Assembly: GCA_963727445.1 (NCBI GenBank)
Contig: CAVSGI010000006.1
Span: forward strand, 384,001-448,000
DNA: 64,000 nt
Direction of reading: 5' to 3'
DNA from: an uncultured delta proteobacterium
Lineage (GTDB): Bacteria > Myxococcota_A > Polyangia > Polyangiales > B10-G4
This document shows positions 31,685 to 47,957 of the stretch, in pieces. Position numbers and translations under genes: made by a program. How positions within the stretch are numbered: position 1 is the stretch's first letter; each line of letters starts with the position of its first letter. The notes below the pieces were generated by a model, which was given only the letters and a program-made list of their open reading frames with translations, searched no databases and had not been told where the DNA came from.

Positions 31685-34385
31685 TCAGCCCGACTTGACC
31701 CTCAGGGCCACCTCGGGGTCGAGGACGTAGCCGTCGTCGCGCCGGATCAGCACGTCTTTGAGGCCCATCTTCCGCAGCGTGGCCACCGCGACGTAGACCC
31801 GGTTCTTCGCCGCTTCGGGGATCACCTGCTCTCCCGGCCATCCGCGTTCGAGCAGCTCTTCCACCGACAGGGCCTCGTGGCCGTCGCCGGTCCGCGCTTC
31901 GGCGAGAGAAGCGACGATGCGCCTGAGCGGGCCTCGCGTGGCGATGTCCACCACCTCGCCGCCCGGCAGGCGGAACCAGCGCCCGTCCTCGCCGATGAGG
32001 AGGAGCGACGATTCGTCCTGGGCGGGCGCCGCTTCGGGGAAGCGCGGATCCGCGAGGGCGTGCGCGACGAAGCGGCGGATGGCGCGGGCTTCGATGCTGG
32101 GGACCGCGGGCGCCTGGGCGAGGGCTTCGCGCGCGGACTCGAGATGGCGCCGAGCGAGCTCCGGCTCCGCGTCGATGCGTTGCACGGCCTCGAGCGCGTC
32201 GAGTCGCGCGCCAGCGAGGGTCGCGAGCGCCGAGACGACGGGCCCCTCGGTGCTTGCGGCGAGCGTGCGCACTTGCGTGAGCCGCGAGCGCGCCGCGTCG
32301 CGCTCGCCGCGCCGCGCCGCGACCTCCACCAGGGCGCAGCCGGTGATGATCTCGCAGCGCGCATCGCCCGCCTGATGGAGGAGGTCGCGCGCGGTCTTCA
32401 GATCCTCGCGCGCGCCCTCGAGATCCTCCTCGTCGAGGCGCACCAGGCCGCGCGCGGAGAGGATCGCGCCTTCTTCGTGGCGGTTGCCCACCTCGCGGGC
32501 GAGCGCAAGCGCCTCGTCCAGCCGAGCGATCGCGGTCCGGTGCTCACCGCGCTCGAAGGCGGTGAGACCCAGGGTCTTGTGGACGATGGCCTGGCCGTGC
32601 GGAATCGGACGCGCGACGGTGCGCGTCCGCCGCGTCGGCGAGCCCCGACTCCGCACCCGGTCAATCGCCGCGCTCGTAGGCGATCTCGGCGGCGAGGCCC
32701 ATCACCATCGCTTGGAGCCGGAGGTCCGCGGCCCGGTTCGCGTGGAGGGTGGCGTCGTCACAGACGCGCTCGGCTTCCGCGAGGTCCGCCGCCCAGAGGG
32801 CCACGTCGGCCAGCGTGTGGAACGCTCGCGCGAGGCCCGCGTCGTCCTTGCGGCGCCGGTGCAGCGCGAGCGCTTCTTCGAGGCTGCTCTTCGCCTCGGT
32901 GAGGCGGCCGCGAAGCATCGCGTGCCGGGCCTTCGCCTCCGCGAGGAGCGCGGCGAGCTCGGGATCGTCGGCGTCGGCGGCAGCGTTCCTCGCCGCCGTG
33001 AAGTCGGTGAGCACTTCGCGCGAGCGCGCGACGCTCTGAAGCGCGTCCCATCGCGCCCGCCGCGCGCGAGCGATGAGCGTGGGATCGGCGCCGCCAGGGG
33101 CACCGACGCGGAGCGCGGAGTCGAGGGCGGTCAGCAGCGCGCTCATGGGCCCGCGTACCCAGAGCACGGCCTCCATGGCCAACGCGGCGCGGAGCGCGGT
33201 GGTGCCGCTCGCCTCGGTGGGGGGCGAGACCGCGAGCGCCCGGTCGAGGACGGCGCGGAGGTTGTCCATCTCGAGGCCGAGTCGCGCGCGGGCATGGACG
33301 CCGTCGAGGCTCCCGCCGCGGATCCACTCCTCGGCGGCGAGGAGGTAGTAGTCGGCGTGGCGCGCCTCGGCGCCGCTGCGGAGCGACTGCGCGTCGAGGG
33401 CGCGCTTGGCGTAGTCCCGCACCGCGTTGAGAAGGTGGAAGCGAAGCTCGCCAGGCATGTCGGAGACGGGCCCTGCGTGCAGCAGCGATCGATCGCGGAG
33501 CGAGGTCAGGACGTCGAGCACCGACGGCGCGCCGACGTGCATCGACAGGTCGATCACGGTGAGCGCGGCCTCCGGCGCGAAGCCCGATGAGAAGACCGCG
33601 CACTGCGCGAGGGCGGAGCGCTCGGCGTCGTCGAGCGTCTCCCAGGAAGCCGTCAACGCGCGCTCGAGTGCCCGGTCCGGGCCGTCGGACAGGACGCCCG
33701 CGCCGTGGGCGCTCGCGTCATCGAGCTGGGCGAGGATCTGCGCCGGTCCCAGGATGCGCATGCGACTCGCGGCCAGCTCGATGGCGAGGGGAAGGCCGTC
33801 GAGCCGGGTCACCAGCTGCTCGACCACGTCGCGCGTGGCGGGATCGGACAGGGAGAAGCCGGGCTGCACGGTCCCCGCCCGCACGGCGAAGAGCCGTGCG
33901 GCGTCCGACGGACCCGCGGTGGAGACGAGCGACAGAGGCGGCAGGTCGTAGGGTCGCTCGAGGTCGAGCCCCAGACGTTGTCGCCCGACCCAGAGCACCT
34001 TCAACGAAGGCGCGGCGCGCAGCCAGGTGGCGACAGCGGGCGCGATCGACTCGACGCGCTCCCCGTGGTCGAGGACCAGGAGCGTGATGCCGCGCTCGGC
34101 GAGGATGGCGCCCAGTTGATCGACCGCTTCGTCGACTGACTCGTCGAGACTGAGGCGTGCGCCCAGCGCGGCGGCGACCCCGCTCATCGCGGTATCCGCG
34201 TCCACGACCGAGGAGAGATCGCAGATGATCGCGTCCCGGCTGCTCTCGGCGATGAAGCGCGCGAGGTGGCTCTTTCCGGCCCCGGGCGGACCGAGGAGCG
34301 CCACCAGGCGCGCATCGGGCCCGAGCATCGCGAGGAGCTCGTGGGCGGCGTCGCGCCGACCGAGAGGCGGGGCGACCTCGCTCAC
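31685..34385 (-). CDS. STAND-like ATPase + TPR + C-terminal winged-HTH regulator; internal stop (32661) and frameshift (~32605)
   Basis: Walker A GPPGAGKS, LLVLD, RLDGLPLAIELAA, TPRs, C-terminus GWPGE...NRVYVAVATLRKMGL. Confidence 0.78.
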
Positions 34386-36031
34386 TCCCTCGGTCCCCGC
34401 GACAGAGCCAGGGGGATCCGCACACGCACAGCCTCCCCCCGAGCCGGAAAGTGGATCGAACGGCCGACCTCCTCGACGCATCGACCGAAGTCACTGTCTC
34501 TGAGCGACTCGGGGACGACCGCTGCCTCGCTGACGTTTCCGTCAGCATCGATGTCGAGGTGCAGAGCGAGGTCGGCCGCGCGCGTCAGGTCGATGGGGTG
34601 CTCGGACAGACAACGGTGGATGTCCTGCCCTCGCTGTCGAATGGCTTCGGTGACCGCGGACGCGCCGTCGCCGGGGCGAGGCTCGCGCTCCTCTTCGCTC
34701 ACGGCCTCGACGTCACCACCGCGTACGACGACCACCGGAGGCGCAGACGGCCGCGTGAAATAGAGGGTGGCGGCCACCGCCAGGCCTGCCACCGCCACCA
34801 GACCGAGCCCGTAGACCAGCGGGCTCCGCGACTTCTTTTCGGGCGGCCGCCGCGCTCGGATGTCGGGCGTGGTCTCGACGGTCACGATGTCGTGCTTCGG
34901 CAGCGGAGAGATCGCGTACTTCTTGGGTGAGGGCGTGACCCCCACCGGATTTCCGTCGGCGTCGAGCTCCACCCGCGCCTTGGTCGTGGTGAGCGGCTCC
35001 TTGTCCTCCTCGTCTCCGGTGAAGGTCTCGTTCCACGCGGTCTCCAGCTCTTCGAGGGAGGGGACGCGGAGCATCTTCACCATCGCTGGATCGCGGAAGT
35101 CCTGTTGCGCCTTCTCCGCGAGGAGCCGCGAGGCTTCGTGATCGTCGAAGCCGCGGAGCGAGCGCAGCGCCTTGGCCATGGCGCGCGCGTTGGCGAAGCG
35201 ATCCTCGGGGTGCTTCGCGGTGGCCTGGGCGATGACGTGGTCGATGTCGGGAGGGACGTCCTCGCGCAGCACCGAGGGAGGCGTCGGATCGTGCTTCATC
35301 ACGCGTCGGATCGTGCTCGCGACGTCGCCGGTGCGGAACTCGTTCCGGCCCACGAGGAGCTCGTGGAGCATCACGCCCACCGAGTAGACGTCGCTGGAGG
35401 TGGAGGGCGGCGCCGAATCGAAGAGCTCGGGAGCCAGATAGGAGAACTTGCCCTTCACGCGCTTGTCGGAGGTGCTCTCCTCGGTGAGCTCTCCGCTCGC
35501 GAGGGCGATGCCGAAGTCGGCGAGCTTGACCTGTCCTTCGATGTCGATGAGGACGTTCGACGGAGTCACGTCGCGGTGGATCACGCCGTAGGGCGTGCCT
35601 CCGTCTTTCGCGTCGTGAGCGTAGGCGAGGGCGTCGAGGACCGGGATCAGCACGGAGACCGCAAGCCCGAAGGGGAAGGGCCCCCGGGCCGCCTGGATGA
35701 AGCGCAGCCAGCGGGAGAGGTCGTACCCATGGATGTACTCGAGGACCATGACGTGGGCGCCGTCTTCTTCGGCGAGGTCGATGATCCCGACGATGCCCGG
35801 ATGTCTCAGGCGAGACATGATCTTCGCCTCGCGGACGAACATCTTCGTCAGGCGCTCGTTGTCGCTGTAGGTGGGGACGATGCGCTTGACCACCACGGGC
35901 CGCCGGAAGCCGGCGGCGCCCTCGCTCCGCGCCAGGTAGACCACGCCCATGCCGCCGCGCCCGAGGGGGCGGATGATGCGGTAGCGGCCCAGCACCATCT
36001 TGCCGATCGACGTGTCGCTCTCGTCGTTCAC
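34382..36031 (-). CDS. Membrane Ser/Thr protein kinase with C-terminal TonB_C-like (AgmX/PglI-type) domain
   Basis: GRGGMGVVY, VVKRI, IHRDVTPSN, DFG, YLAPE, DVYSVG; one TM; C-terminus IHRC...IDADGNV...GRCV...IHFP. Confidence 0.9.
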   Translation of the reverse strand: MNDESDTSIGKMVLGRYRIIRPLGRGGMGVVYLARSEGAAGFRRPVVVKRIVPTYSDNERLTKMFVREAKIMSRLRHPGIVGIIDLAEEDGAHVMVLEYIHGYDLSRWLRFIQAARGPFPFGLAVSVLIPVLDALAYAHDAKDGGTPYGVIHRDVTPSNVLIDIEGQVKLADFGIALASGELTEESTSDKRVKGKFSYLAPELFDSAPPSTSSDVYSVGVMLHELLVGRNEFRTGDVASTIRRVMKHDPTPPSVLREDVPPDIDHVIAQATAKHPEDRFANARAMAKALRSLRGFDDHEASRLLAEKAQQDFRDPAMVKMLRVPSLEELETAWNETFTGDEEDKEPLTTTKARVELDADGNPVGVTPSPKKYAISPLPKHDIVTVETTPDIRARRPPEKKSRSPLVYGLGLVAVAGLAVAATLYFTRPSAPPVVVVRGGDVEAVSEEEREPRPGDGASAVTEAIRQRGQDIHRCLSEHPIDLTRAADLALHLDIDADGNVSEAAVVPESLRDSDFGRCVEEVGRSIHFPARGEAVRVRIPLALSRGPRE

Positions 36032-37917
36032 CGTTCGGCCCCCGCGGGATGGCGGAGGTAGTAGTGGATGCCGCGGCTGGGGTGGGTCGCGCGGATGGCG
36101 AGGGAGCGGCCGTCGGCGGGTACCGTCACCTCCGCCGAGAAGCGCCCCTGCCCGTCGACGGCGAGCTCGGTGCCGCCGATGGAGGCGGTGAAGCCTTCGA
36201 GGAGCTGCCCGCTGACGGTGGCGCTGGCGCCCGCCGCGAGGCTGCCGTCCGCGGGCTCGCGCACGAAGACGGTGGGGGCCGCGTTGTCGAAAGCGATCAC
36301 GATGGTGCTGGCGGCAGAGGTCTGCCCGCCGCCGACGAAGCGAAACTGGTGCGAGCCTTCGCGGAGCTCACCCGACTCGAAGGTGTGACGCGCCGTCGGG
36401 GTGTTGATCACGCGGCGGCGGGACTCGCGTGGCCCGCCCGTGGACTCGAGCTCGAGGCGAAATCCCGAGGCGTCAGGCGCATCCCGCCACCGCACCTCCA
36501 CTTCGGGCAGCAGGTTCTGGTAGAGCACGCGATAGGTTCGGCCGTCGGCGTCGACCCGGGTGCGCGGCGCGGAGCGGAGCAGGGGGGCGTGTCCGTTGTC
36601 GCGTCGCGTCCGCAGGACGCCGCGAACCGCCGCGCCGTCGCCACATCGGGCTTCGTAGCGCGTCACGCCCCGCACCGGAATGATCGCGCCACCTTCGCCT
36701 TCGAAGCGCCGAACGCCCACCGTCGCCGTCACCGTCTCTTCACAGCCCGCGATGGTGAGCCGGACGGTCGTCGGGGGACGCGCGTCGTGGATCGTCGCCG
36801 ACTCGCCCGCAGCGACCTGGAGATCCGCGGAGGTGGGGGCGCGGTCCAGCGCCGTCACCTCGCCCTCGGTGGAGACACGGACCGAGTCGCCGGCCCGGAG
36901 ATCGTGCGCACCGCTCGCAGTCTCGACCGTCAGCTGGCCGCCTTCGACCGAGAGCTCGGTTCCCTGGCGGCTCACCTCGACCGACGCCGCCGCTCTCATC
37001 CCGGACGCCGTGCGGAGGATGCCTCCGGGAACCCCCACGCGCACCGGGGTGCCGTTGCTCATGATCTCCGCGGCCCCGATGTCGATCGACAAGAGGCCCT
37101 CACGCGGGATTCGAACCCTTGCCCGCCCGCGCGCCGTCACCGAGCCTTCAGCACCCGACGCGGTGACGCGCGCGCCCCCCGGAATGTCGAGGGCCGCGCC
37201 GCGGGGGAGGGTGGTCTCGCCCGAACCCAGGGCTTCCGCCTCCTCGCCTTCTCCCCGAGTCACCGTCACCCGGCGGCCGAGGACGGTGATCGCGACGGTC
37301 TCGGTGGGCGCTGCTTCGACTTCCGCTCTGTTCTCGGCGACCGTTGCGGCTTCGACATCGGGGGGCTCTTCTTCCGCGCGCTGGACCACCGCCTCCCCGT
37401 CCGGACCGATCACCACGGTGTCGAGGACGCCCAGATCGATCGACTCCTCGCCAACGCGTTCGATCGTGGCTCGTCCGATGGCGACCCGCACCTGTGTCTC
37501 ACCGTCCTGGCGGACGACGTGGGCTTGCCCGTTTCGCTCGAGCACCAGCTCGCCGAACTCGGTGAGCAGTTGAATCGGACCCTCGTCGCTGTCGATGACC
37601 AGCTCTCCCCCTTCGAGCTCGAGGAGCGTGCTGTACGCCTCCGCCCGTCCCGGGTGAAACACCAGCATGGTGTGCGCGCCGAGACGAAGGTCGCCCGCCC
37701 CGATGAGATGGACGCGCGCGCTCGAGGCGGCCTCGGTGCGCACCGCGTCTTCGACGCGCAGCTCCTGTCCGGGCGCGGCGGCTCGCCAGTCGCTGCCGCC
37801 GATGCGCCCCTCCACCGTGCCCTCGGCGCCGCGCAGCACGGCGACCGGGCTCGCACACCCATCGCAGCCACCAAAGGCGAGCAAGAGGAGGGCGATGGGG
37901 ACGAGCGCGCGCATCAC
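36028..37917 (-). CDS. FecR-like domain secreted/lipoprotein
   Basis: Signal peptide with GGCDGC, then W.AAAPGQEL.VEDAVRT...LRLGAHT FecR-like strands in two apparent copies. Confidence 0.65.
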   Translation of the reverse strand: MMRALVPIALLLLAFGGCDGCASPVAVLRGAEGTVEGRIGGSDWRAAAPGQELRVEDAVRTEAASSARVHLIGAGDLRLGAHTMLVFHPGRAEAYSTLLELEGGELVIDSDEGPIQLLTEFGELVLERNGQAHVVRQDGETQVRVAIGRATIERVGEESIDLGVLDTVVIGPDGEAVVQRAEEEPPDVEAATVAENRAEVEAAPTETVAITVLGRRVTVTRGEGEEAEALGSGETTLPRGAALDIPGGARVTASGAEGSVTARGRARVRIPREGLLSIDIGAAEIMSNGTPVRVGVPGGILRTASGMRAAASVEVSRQGTELSVEGGQLTVETASGAHDLRAGDSVRVSTEGEVTALDRAPTSADLQVAAGESATIHDARPPTTVRLTIAGCEETVTATVGVRRFEGEGGAIIPVRGVTRYEARCGDGAAVRGVLRTRRDNGHAPLLRSAPRTRVDADGRTYRVLYQNLLPEVEVRWRDAPDASGFRLELESTGGPRESRRRVINTPTARHTFESGELREGSHQFRFVGGGQTSAASTIVIAFDNAAPTVFVREPADGSLAAGASATVSGQLLEGFTASIGGTELAVDGQGRFSAEVTVPADGRSLAIRATHPSRGIHYYLRHPAGAER

Positions 37918-39214
37918 TGGCGACGATAAAGCTCCACGTTCAGCACCGTCACCCCCCCTTCGTCCACACGGATCCGCCGGGTCTGGGAGCGATGGCCTCG
38001 CGCCTCGATGGTGACCTCGTAGCTCCCCGCGGGAACCTCGAGCTCGAACTCCCCCTCCTCGTCGGTCGCGATGGTCTCGCCGCCCGGCTCGATGGTGATG
38101 GTGGCGGCGAGAGGCTGTCCGTCGAAGCCGCGGATCAGTCCCCGAAGCTGCGTGAGCGGAACCTCAGGCTCGGTCTCGGTGACCGTCTCGGTTTCGGTGA
38201 CCGTCTCCGTCTCCGTCTGGGTCTCCGTCTCCGTCTGGGTCTCCGTCTCCGTCTGGGTCTCCGTCTCCGTCTGGGTCTCCGTCTCCGTTCCGTCTCCGTC
38301 TCGGTCTCCATCTCGGTCTCTGCCGCCGGCTCCAACGCCAGCGTCGCCCCCAGCAGAATCGACAGCCTCGGCGGCGTGGGCGTGAACGCTCCCATGTCCC
38401 GGATGTCGTACGAGCTCAGGTTCACGTCGACGGTGCCGAAGAGCCACATCGGCAGGGTCTCGGAGGGGCGGACGCGGATCCCCGGGGCGAGATGTAGCGG
38501 CGACGCGCCCGCATTGGGAGCGCCGCTGCCCACGAGCACGTTCCACCGCGCCTCGGCGTAGACCTCGACGGCGTCGGAGGGTGCCCAGGATGCGGCGAGG
38601 CCGAGGACGACGGCGCTGAAGTCGCTCACGTCGAGGCTCACGCGCTCGAGGGTGCTCGCGGCCTGGGGCGCCGACTGCCCCGTCTGGTCGAATCGATAGC
38701 CGGCGTTCAGCGCGATGGCGAAGCGCCCGTCGCGCGGCGCCCACGCGGCGAGCGCTTCGGCTTGGAAGGACGTCCCCGAGAAGTCCAAGCCGAGCCCTTG
38801 CTCGCCCGGCGGAACGAAGAGCTCGAGCTCCGTCCCGAGACGAAAGTCGCCGAAGGTGGAGCCCAGGCGCATCCGAAGGTGGGGATCGAGGACGAAGGTG
38901 TCGATGTTCCCGGCGCTGGCGCTGCTGCTGTGGTTGTAGCGGCCGTCGAGCGAGAGCCCGATCGCCAGTGGACCGATCGGCCGGGCGGCGACCGCCAGCC
39001 CGATCGGCATTCGGTAGTGCGAGTCGGAGTCGTTCAACACCGACTCCGTCACGGCGAAGCCCGTGGTGAGGGCGCCCGTCACCCGCGGCGCCTGGTCGTC
39101 GATGATGCCTACACGGTTGAAACCCGGCAGCCCCGTGCGGCTCGGCGCGCGGGATTGCGCGCTGGCGCTGCCGCTCATCATGAAGAGCGCTCCGATGACC
39201 AGGGCCCACCGCAT
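37914..39214 (-). CDS. Outer-membrane protein with ET-rich linker and carboxypeptidase-regulatory-like C-terminal domain; frameshift ~38290
   Basis: ORF 38135..39214 (signal peptide, beta strands) joins the tail of ORF 37914..39209 (LRGLIRGFDGQPL...TDEEGEF...GSYEVTIEARG). Confidence 0.7.
38165..38320. repeat. Intragenic 18-bp/6-bp repeat encoding (ETETQT)n
   Basis: Tandem GTCTCCGTCTCCGTCTGG units. Confidence 0.85.
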
Positions 39215-39303
39215 GGAGGAGAGGATACCCCCAAGCGTGGATTCATTGGGGGTTCAGGGACCAGTAGGTGAGCCCCGCTACCTTCGGCCGGAGCGCGCGA
39301 TCC

Positions 39304-39579
39304 TCAGGTCGATTTGGCGAAGCGCTTGGCGCTTCGTTCCCGCGCCTTGTTGCGCTCCTCTTCGCGGTTCTTTGGCGGCGCGGCGGTCTCGAGGCCGTCC
39401 ACCAGCTTGCGCGTGATCGTGGCGATCTCGTCGATCGCCTGGTCGAAGAGGGCTTCGTTGGCCTTCGAGGGCTTGCGCGTTCCGCTCACCTTTCGAACGT
39501 ACTGCAGGGCGGCCGCGCGCACCTCGTCATCGGTGGCGGGGGGATCGAAGTTGAAGAGCACTCGGATGTTGCGGCACAT
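39304..39579 (-). CDS. DUF2277 family protein
   Basis: MCRNIRVLFNFDPPATDDEVRAAALQYVRKVSG matches the family N-terminus. Confidence 0.85.
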   Translation of the reverse strand: MCRNIRVLFNFDPPATDDEVRAAALQYVRKVSGTRKPSKANEALFDQAIDEIATITRKLVDGLETAAPPKNREEERNKARERSAKRFAKST

Positions 39580-39617
39580 GCCGACAACCTTACCCCCTCA
39601 TCCGCGTGCGCGCCGCG

Positions 39618-40217
39618 TCAGCTCTTCGCGAGGAGCCCGGCTTCGAAGAAGCGCATGATCTCCTCGACCAGCGCGTCGGCGTCCGCCGGCAGCCCACCGG
39701 TGACCGCGCGGAGAAGGATCTCCTTCAGGCCTCCGATCCCCAGGGCCACCATCACGGGCTTGTCCCCGGCGCGCACCAGGCCGATGCGTTGCCCTTCGTC
39801 GAGGCTCTCCTCGAGGAAGGTCGACATCGCGAGGTAGAAGGTGCCGAGCTTTTCGTCGAGCTCCGGGTCGAGGCCCGCGGCGTCGTGGAGCAGGAGCTTC
39901 ATCATCTCCGGCTCGGCCAGGGCGAGGCCGACGAGGCGGCGGAGGTTTCGCTTGAGCTGGACGAGGGGCGGCTCCTCCGACTCCAGATCGATGGAGCGGA
40001 TTTGCGCCGTGAGGCGAACGAAGAACTCGTCCACCAGGGCGGCGAAGACCCCGCGCCGGTCATCGAAGTAGAGGTAGAAGGTGCCGCGCGCTACGCCGGC
40101 CTTGGCCGCGATGTCGTCGACCGTAGCAGCGTGATACCCCTTCTCCGCGAAGACCTGCCGGGCGCAGTCGAGGAGCTCGATACGCCTCTCTTCTCGGCTC
40201 TTTCGCGTCCCGGCCAC
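39618..40217 (-). CDS. TetR/AcrR family transcriptional regulator
   Basis: HTH FAEKGYHAATVDDIAAKAGVARGTFYLYF; GTG start at 40217 assumed. Confidence 0.9.
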   Translation of the reverse strand: MAGTRKSREERRIELLDCARQVFAEKGYHAATVDDIAAKAGVARGTFYLYFDDRRGVFAALVDEFFVRLTAQIRSIDLESEEPPLVQLKRNLRRLVGLALAEPEMMKLLLHDAAGLDPELDEKLGTFYLAMSTFLEESLDEGQRIGLVRAGDKPVMVALGIGGLKEILLRAVTGGLPADADALVEEIMRFFEAGLLAKS

Positions 40218-40330
40218 GGCCGACCCTAGCACCGAACGTCGGGTCCGTACCCACACCTGTGGACGCGTTTTCGGGGAACGTGAGCGCCGGGCCCTTTTCT
40301 TCGTTGAAACCGCGGCTAGAACCCGCTACT

Positions 40331-40348
40331 GACGCTGACGTCAGTGTC
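40331..40348. promoter_or_regulatory. Candidate TetR operator palindrome GACGCTGACGTCAGTGTC
   Basis: 18-bp inverted repeat with one mismatch, in the divergent tetR/activase intergenic region. Confidence 0.6.
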
Positions 40349-40369
40349 TTCTGACTGAGGGGTTTGGGC

Positions 40370-44029
<3,660 letters not shown>

Positions 44030-44049
44030 GGGGATTCGAGCGAACTCGA

Positions 44050-45992
<1,943 letters not shown>

Positions 45993-46061
45993 AGGTGACG
46001 TAGGCTCACGTCGCACCGTGTGCCGTTGACGCCTACATCGCCGGGCCGTCACGATAGATGG

Positions 46062-46784
46062 ATGGCGCGTGTGGGGATCGTGTTGATCGTCATGGTGGTC
46101 ACCGGCTGCGGCCGGCTCGGCTACAGCGGCGATCTCACATCCACCGATCTCGCCGTGACCGCATCCGATTCCGAGATTCGGGTCGACGCGCCCGGGATGT
46201 ACTCGCTCGTCTTCGACGAAGCGCATTCGTGGCAGGCGAGCTCATGGGTGGATCTCACGACGGGCGACGGGCAGGAGCTCGTGGGTGCAGACCGGGGCGG
46301 CGTGCTCCAGGCGCCCTTCGCCGTGCAGTACGGCGGCGCGACGTACGAGGTCGACTCCACCGATTACACCCAACGCGCGATCTACGAGCTCGACGCCGAC
46401 CACGTCGTCTTCAAGGTCTGGTACGGGTGGTACACGCCGGACGATTCCGAGATCGAGGTGTGGGCCACCCACGAGGTTCACCAGGACGGAACGTGGACGG
46501 TGAGCGCGACCGTCGAGAACAAGAACGACAGCGGTAAGCAGTTCGGTGTGGTCCTGGCGCAGACGAGCTTGGCCGCCGCCGCGGAGTGGCAGGAGACGAC
46601 GTCGGGGAGCACGGTCATGCTCGACGCAGCTTCGGGAGCGCACTTCGAGCTCATCCCGGCGGCGGGACAGTCGGCGACGCTGAACAGCGACGGGATGGGA
46701 GCCTTCTACTTCGACGCGGGGATCGTCGACCTCGGCGCCAACGCCACCGCCGACTTCACCTGGACGAATCGCATCCTCCCCTGA
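46062..46784 (+). CDS. Hypothetical beta-rich lipoprotein
   Basis: MARVGIVLIVMVVTGCGRLGY lipobox. Confidence 0.7.
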   Translation: MARVGIVLIVMVVTGCGRLGYSGDLTSTDLAVTASDSEIRVDAPGMYSLVFDEAHSWQASSWVDLTTGDGQELVGADRGGVLQAPFAVQYGGATYEVDSTDYTQRAIYELDADHVVFKVWYGWYTPDDSEIEVWATHEVHQDGTWTVSATVENKNDSGKQFGVVLAQTSLAAAAEWQETTSGSTVMLDAASGAHFELIPAAGQSATLNSDGMGAFYFDAGIVDLGANATADFTWTNRILP

Positions 46785-46787
46785 CGA

Positions 46788-47831
46788 TCAGGGAGCGGGC
46801 GCGATCGTCGCCTCGCAGGTGTACCCGACGCTCGGATCCCAGCTCCCCGTGAGGAGCGTGACCGCGCCCGAGGGTGGACAGGTGAAGGTCGTGCGCGGGC
46901 AGAAGCTCATCCCGCACCCGTCGTCTCCGTTGGCGAGCGAGGCGCGCCCACCGCACGCTTCGGTGCCCTCGCACACCCGCAGCACCGGATCGTCGGCGCA
47001 GGCCGCCGCTCCGCCCAAGCCGCACATCTCTCCGCAACCCGCCTCGTAGGAATCGCCCGGCGTGCACGCGAGGCCCATCGCGCGCACGTCGAAGCCGCAG
47101 TTGCGGAACGGTCCCGTCTCGGTGCCGGTGCACGCGAGGGTGGGGTCCGGGTCGGGCGCGTCGGGGGGCACCATGACCGACACCTCCGCCGAGTCGTTGT
47201 CGTAGTCGAGCTCTTCGAGCGCGCGCGACGCGTTGACGCGGATGGAGAGCGTGTAGTCGCCCGCCGCGACGTCGGTCACGTCGATCCACTGGCAGTCGAG
47301 GTTGGCCCCGTAGTCGTCCGCCCAGCCACGCTGGATCCCCTGATTCGTGCAGCTGTAGAGCTCGATGCGCTCGACGGTGGGATCGGTCGTGTCGATGCGC
47401 TCCGAATCGCGCAGGCAGAAGGCCTGCTTGTGTCCGCTCCCGGCTTCGGTGCCGTCGTCGGCGAGGAGGCGATAGTCCGCGTAGCCATCGAAGTGGTAGT
47501 GGTCGTGGCACTCCGAGTAGACGAAGTCGGGGTTGTCGGCGGGGTTGCCGAGGACGAGGTCCGCCGTGCCCGTGTTCGCCGTCACCGTCGCGAACCGAAG
47601 GACGCGTCGCCACCCCGCCTCCATGATGCAGCCGTCCGACAGCGCGCAGCTGTCGGGCGCGAAGTAGGTCCACTCCACGCGCGCCGATTCGGCCGCGCGA
47701 TCGGGAAGGACGATGAGGTCCGGCAGCGCCGCCGCATCGCCCCCCGCATCCACTGGCGCCCCGTCGTCCCCGCATCCACCGATCGCGGCGCAGAGGGCGA
47801 GCGCGACAAGGACGACGTCGCGTCTCACCAT
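46788..47831 (-). CDS. Lysyl oxidase family lipoprotein
   Basis: LRFATVTAN.G.ADL, CHDHYH, GHKQAFCL.D, QGIQRGWADDY...DCQWIDVTDV..GDY; Cys-rich C-terminal module. Confidence 0.88.
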   Translation of the reverse strand: MVRRDVVLVALALCAAIGGCGDDGAPVDAGGDAAALPDLIVLPDRAAESARVEWTYFAPDSCALSDGCIMEAGWRRVLRFATVTANTGTADLVLGNPADNPDFVYSECHDHYHFDGYADYRLLADDGTEAGSGHKQAFCLRDSERIDTTDPTVERIELYSCTNQGIQRGWADDYGANLDCQWIDVTDVAAGDYTLSIRVNASRALEELDYDNDSAEVSVMVPPDAPDPDPTLACTGTETGPFRNCGFDVRAMGLACTPGDSYEAGCGEMCGLGGAAACADDPVLRVCEGTEACGGRASLANGDDGCGMSFCPRTTFTCPPSGAVTLLTGSWDPSVGYTCEATIAPAP

Positions 47832-47858
47832 CGGGCGCACCCCGCGAGGATACCAGCC

Positions 47859-47894
47859 CCAGAGTGAGCCTGTGTGGGCGGCGACCTACATCGC
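47859..47894. promoter_or_regulatory. 36-bp conserved intergenic element, copy 1
   Basis: CCAGAGTGAGCCTGTGTGGGCGGCGACCTACATCGC; 34/36 identical to 52517-52552. Confidence 0.65.
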
Positions 47895-47957
47895 GAGGCT
47901 CGCAAAGCATTCGCGTGTCTTCTGTGTCCGGGGCAGGTACGATCGAACACGCTTTCC

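Noticed and set aside
32600..32665. Selenocysteine or readthrough at the in-frame TGA of the ATPase-TPR gene
   Set aside because: It lies in a TPR region with no redox context and is followed by a frameshift ~55 bp later; local error or decay is more plausible
38165..38320. Phase-variable repeat switching the OM protein C-terminus
   Set aside because: Repeat units are multiples of 3, so slippage would not shift the frame; the single missing base is probably an error
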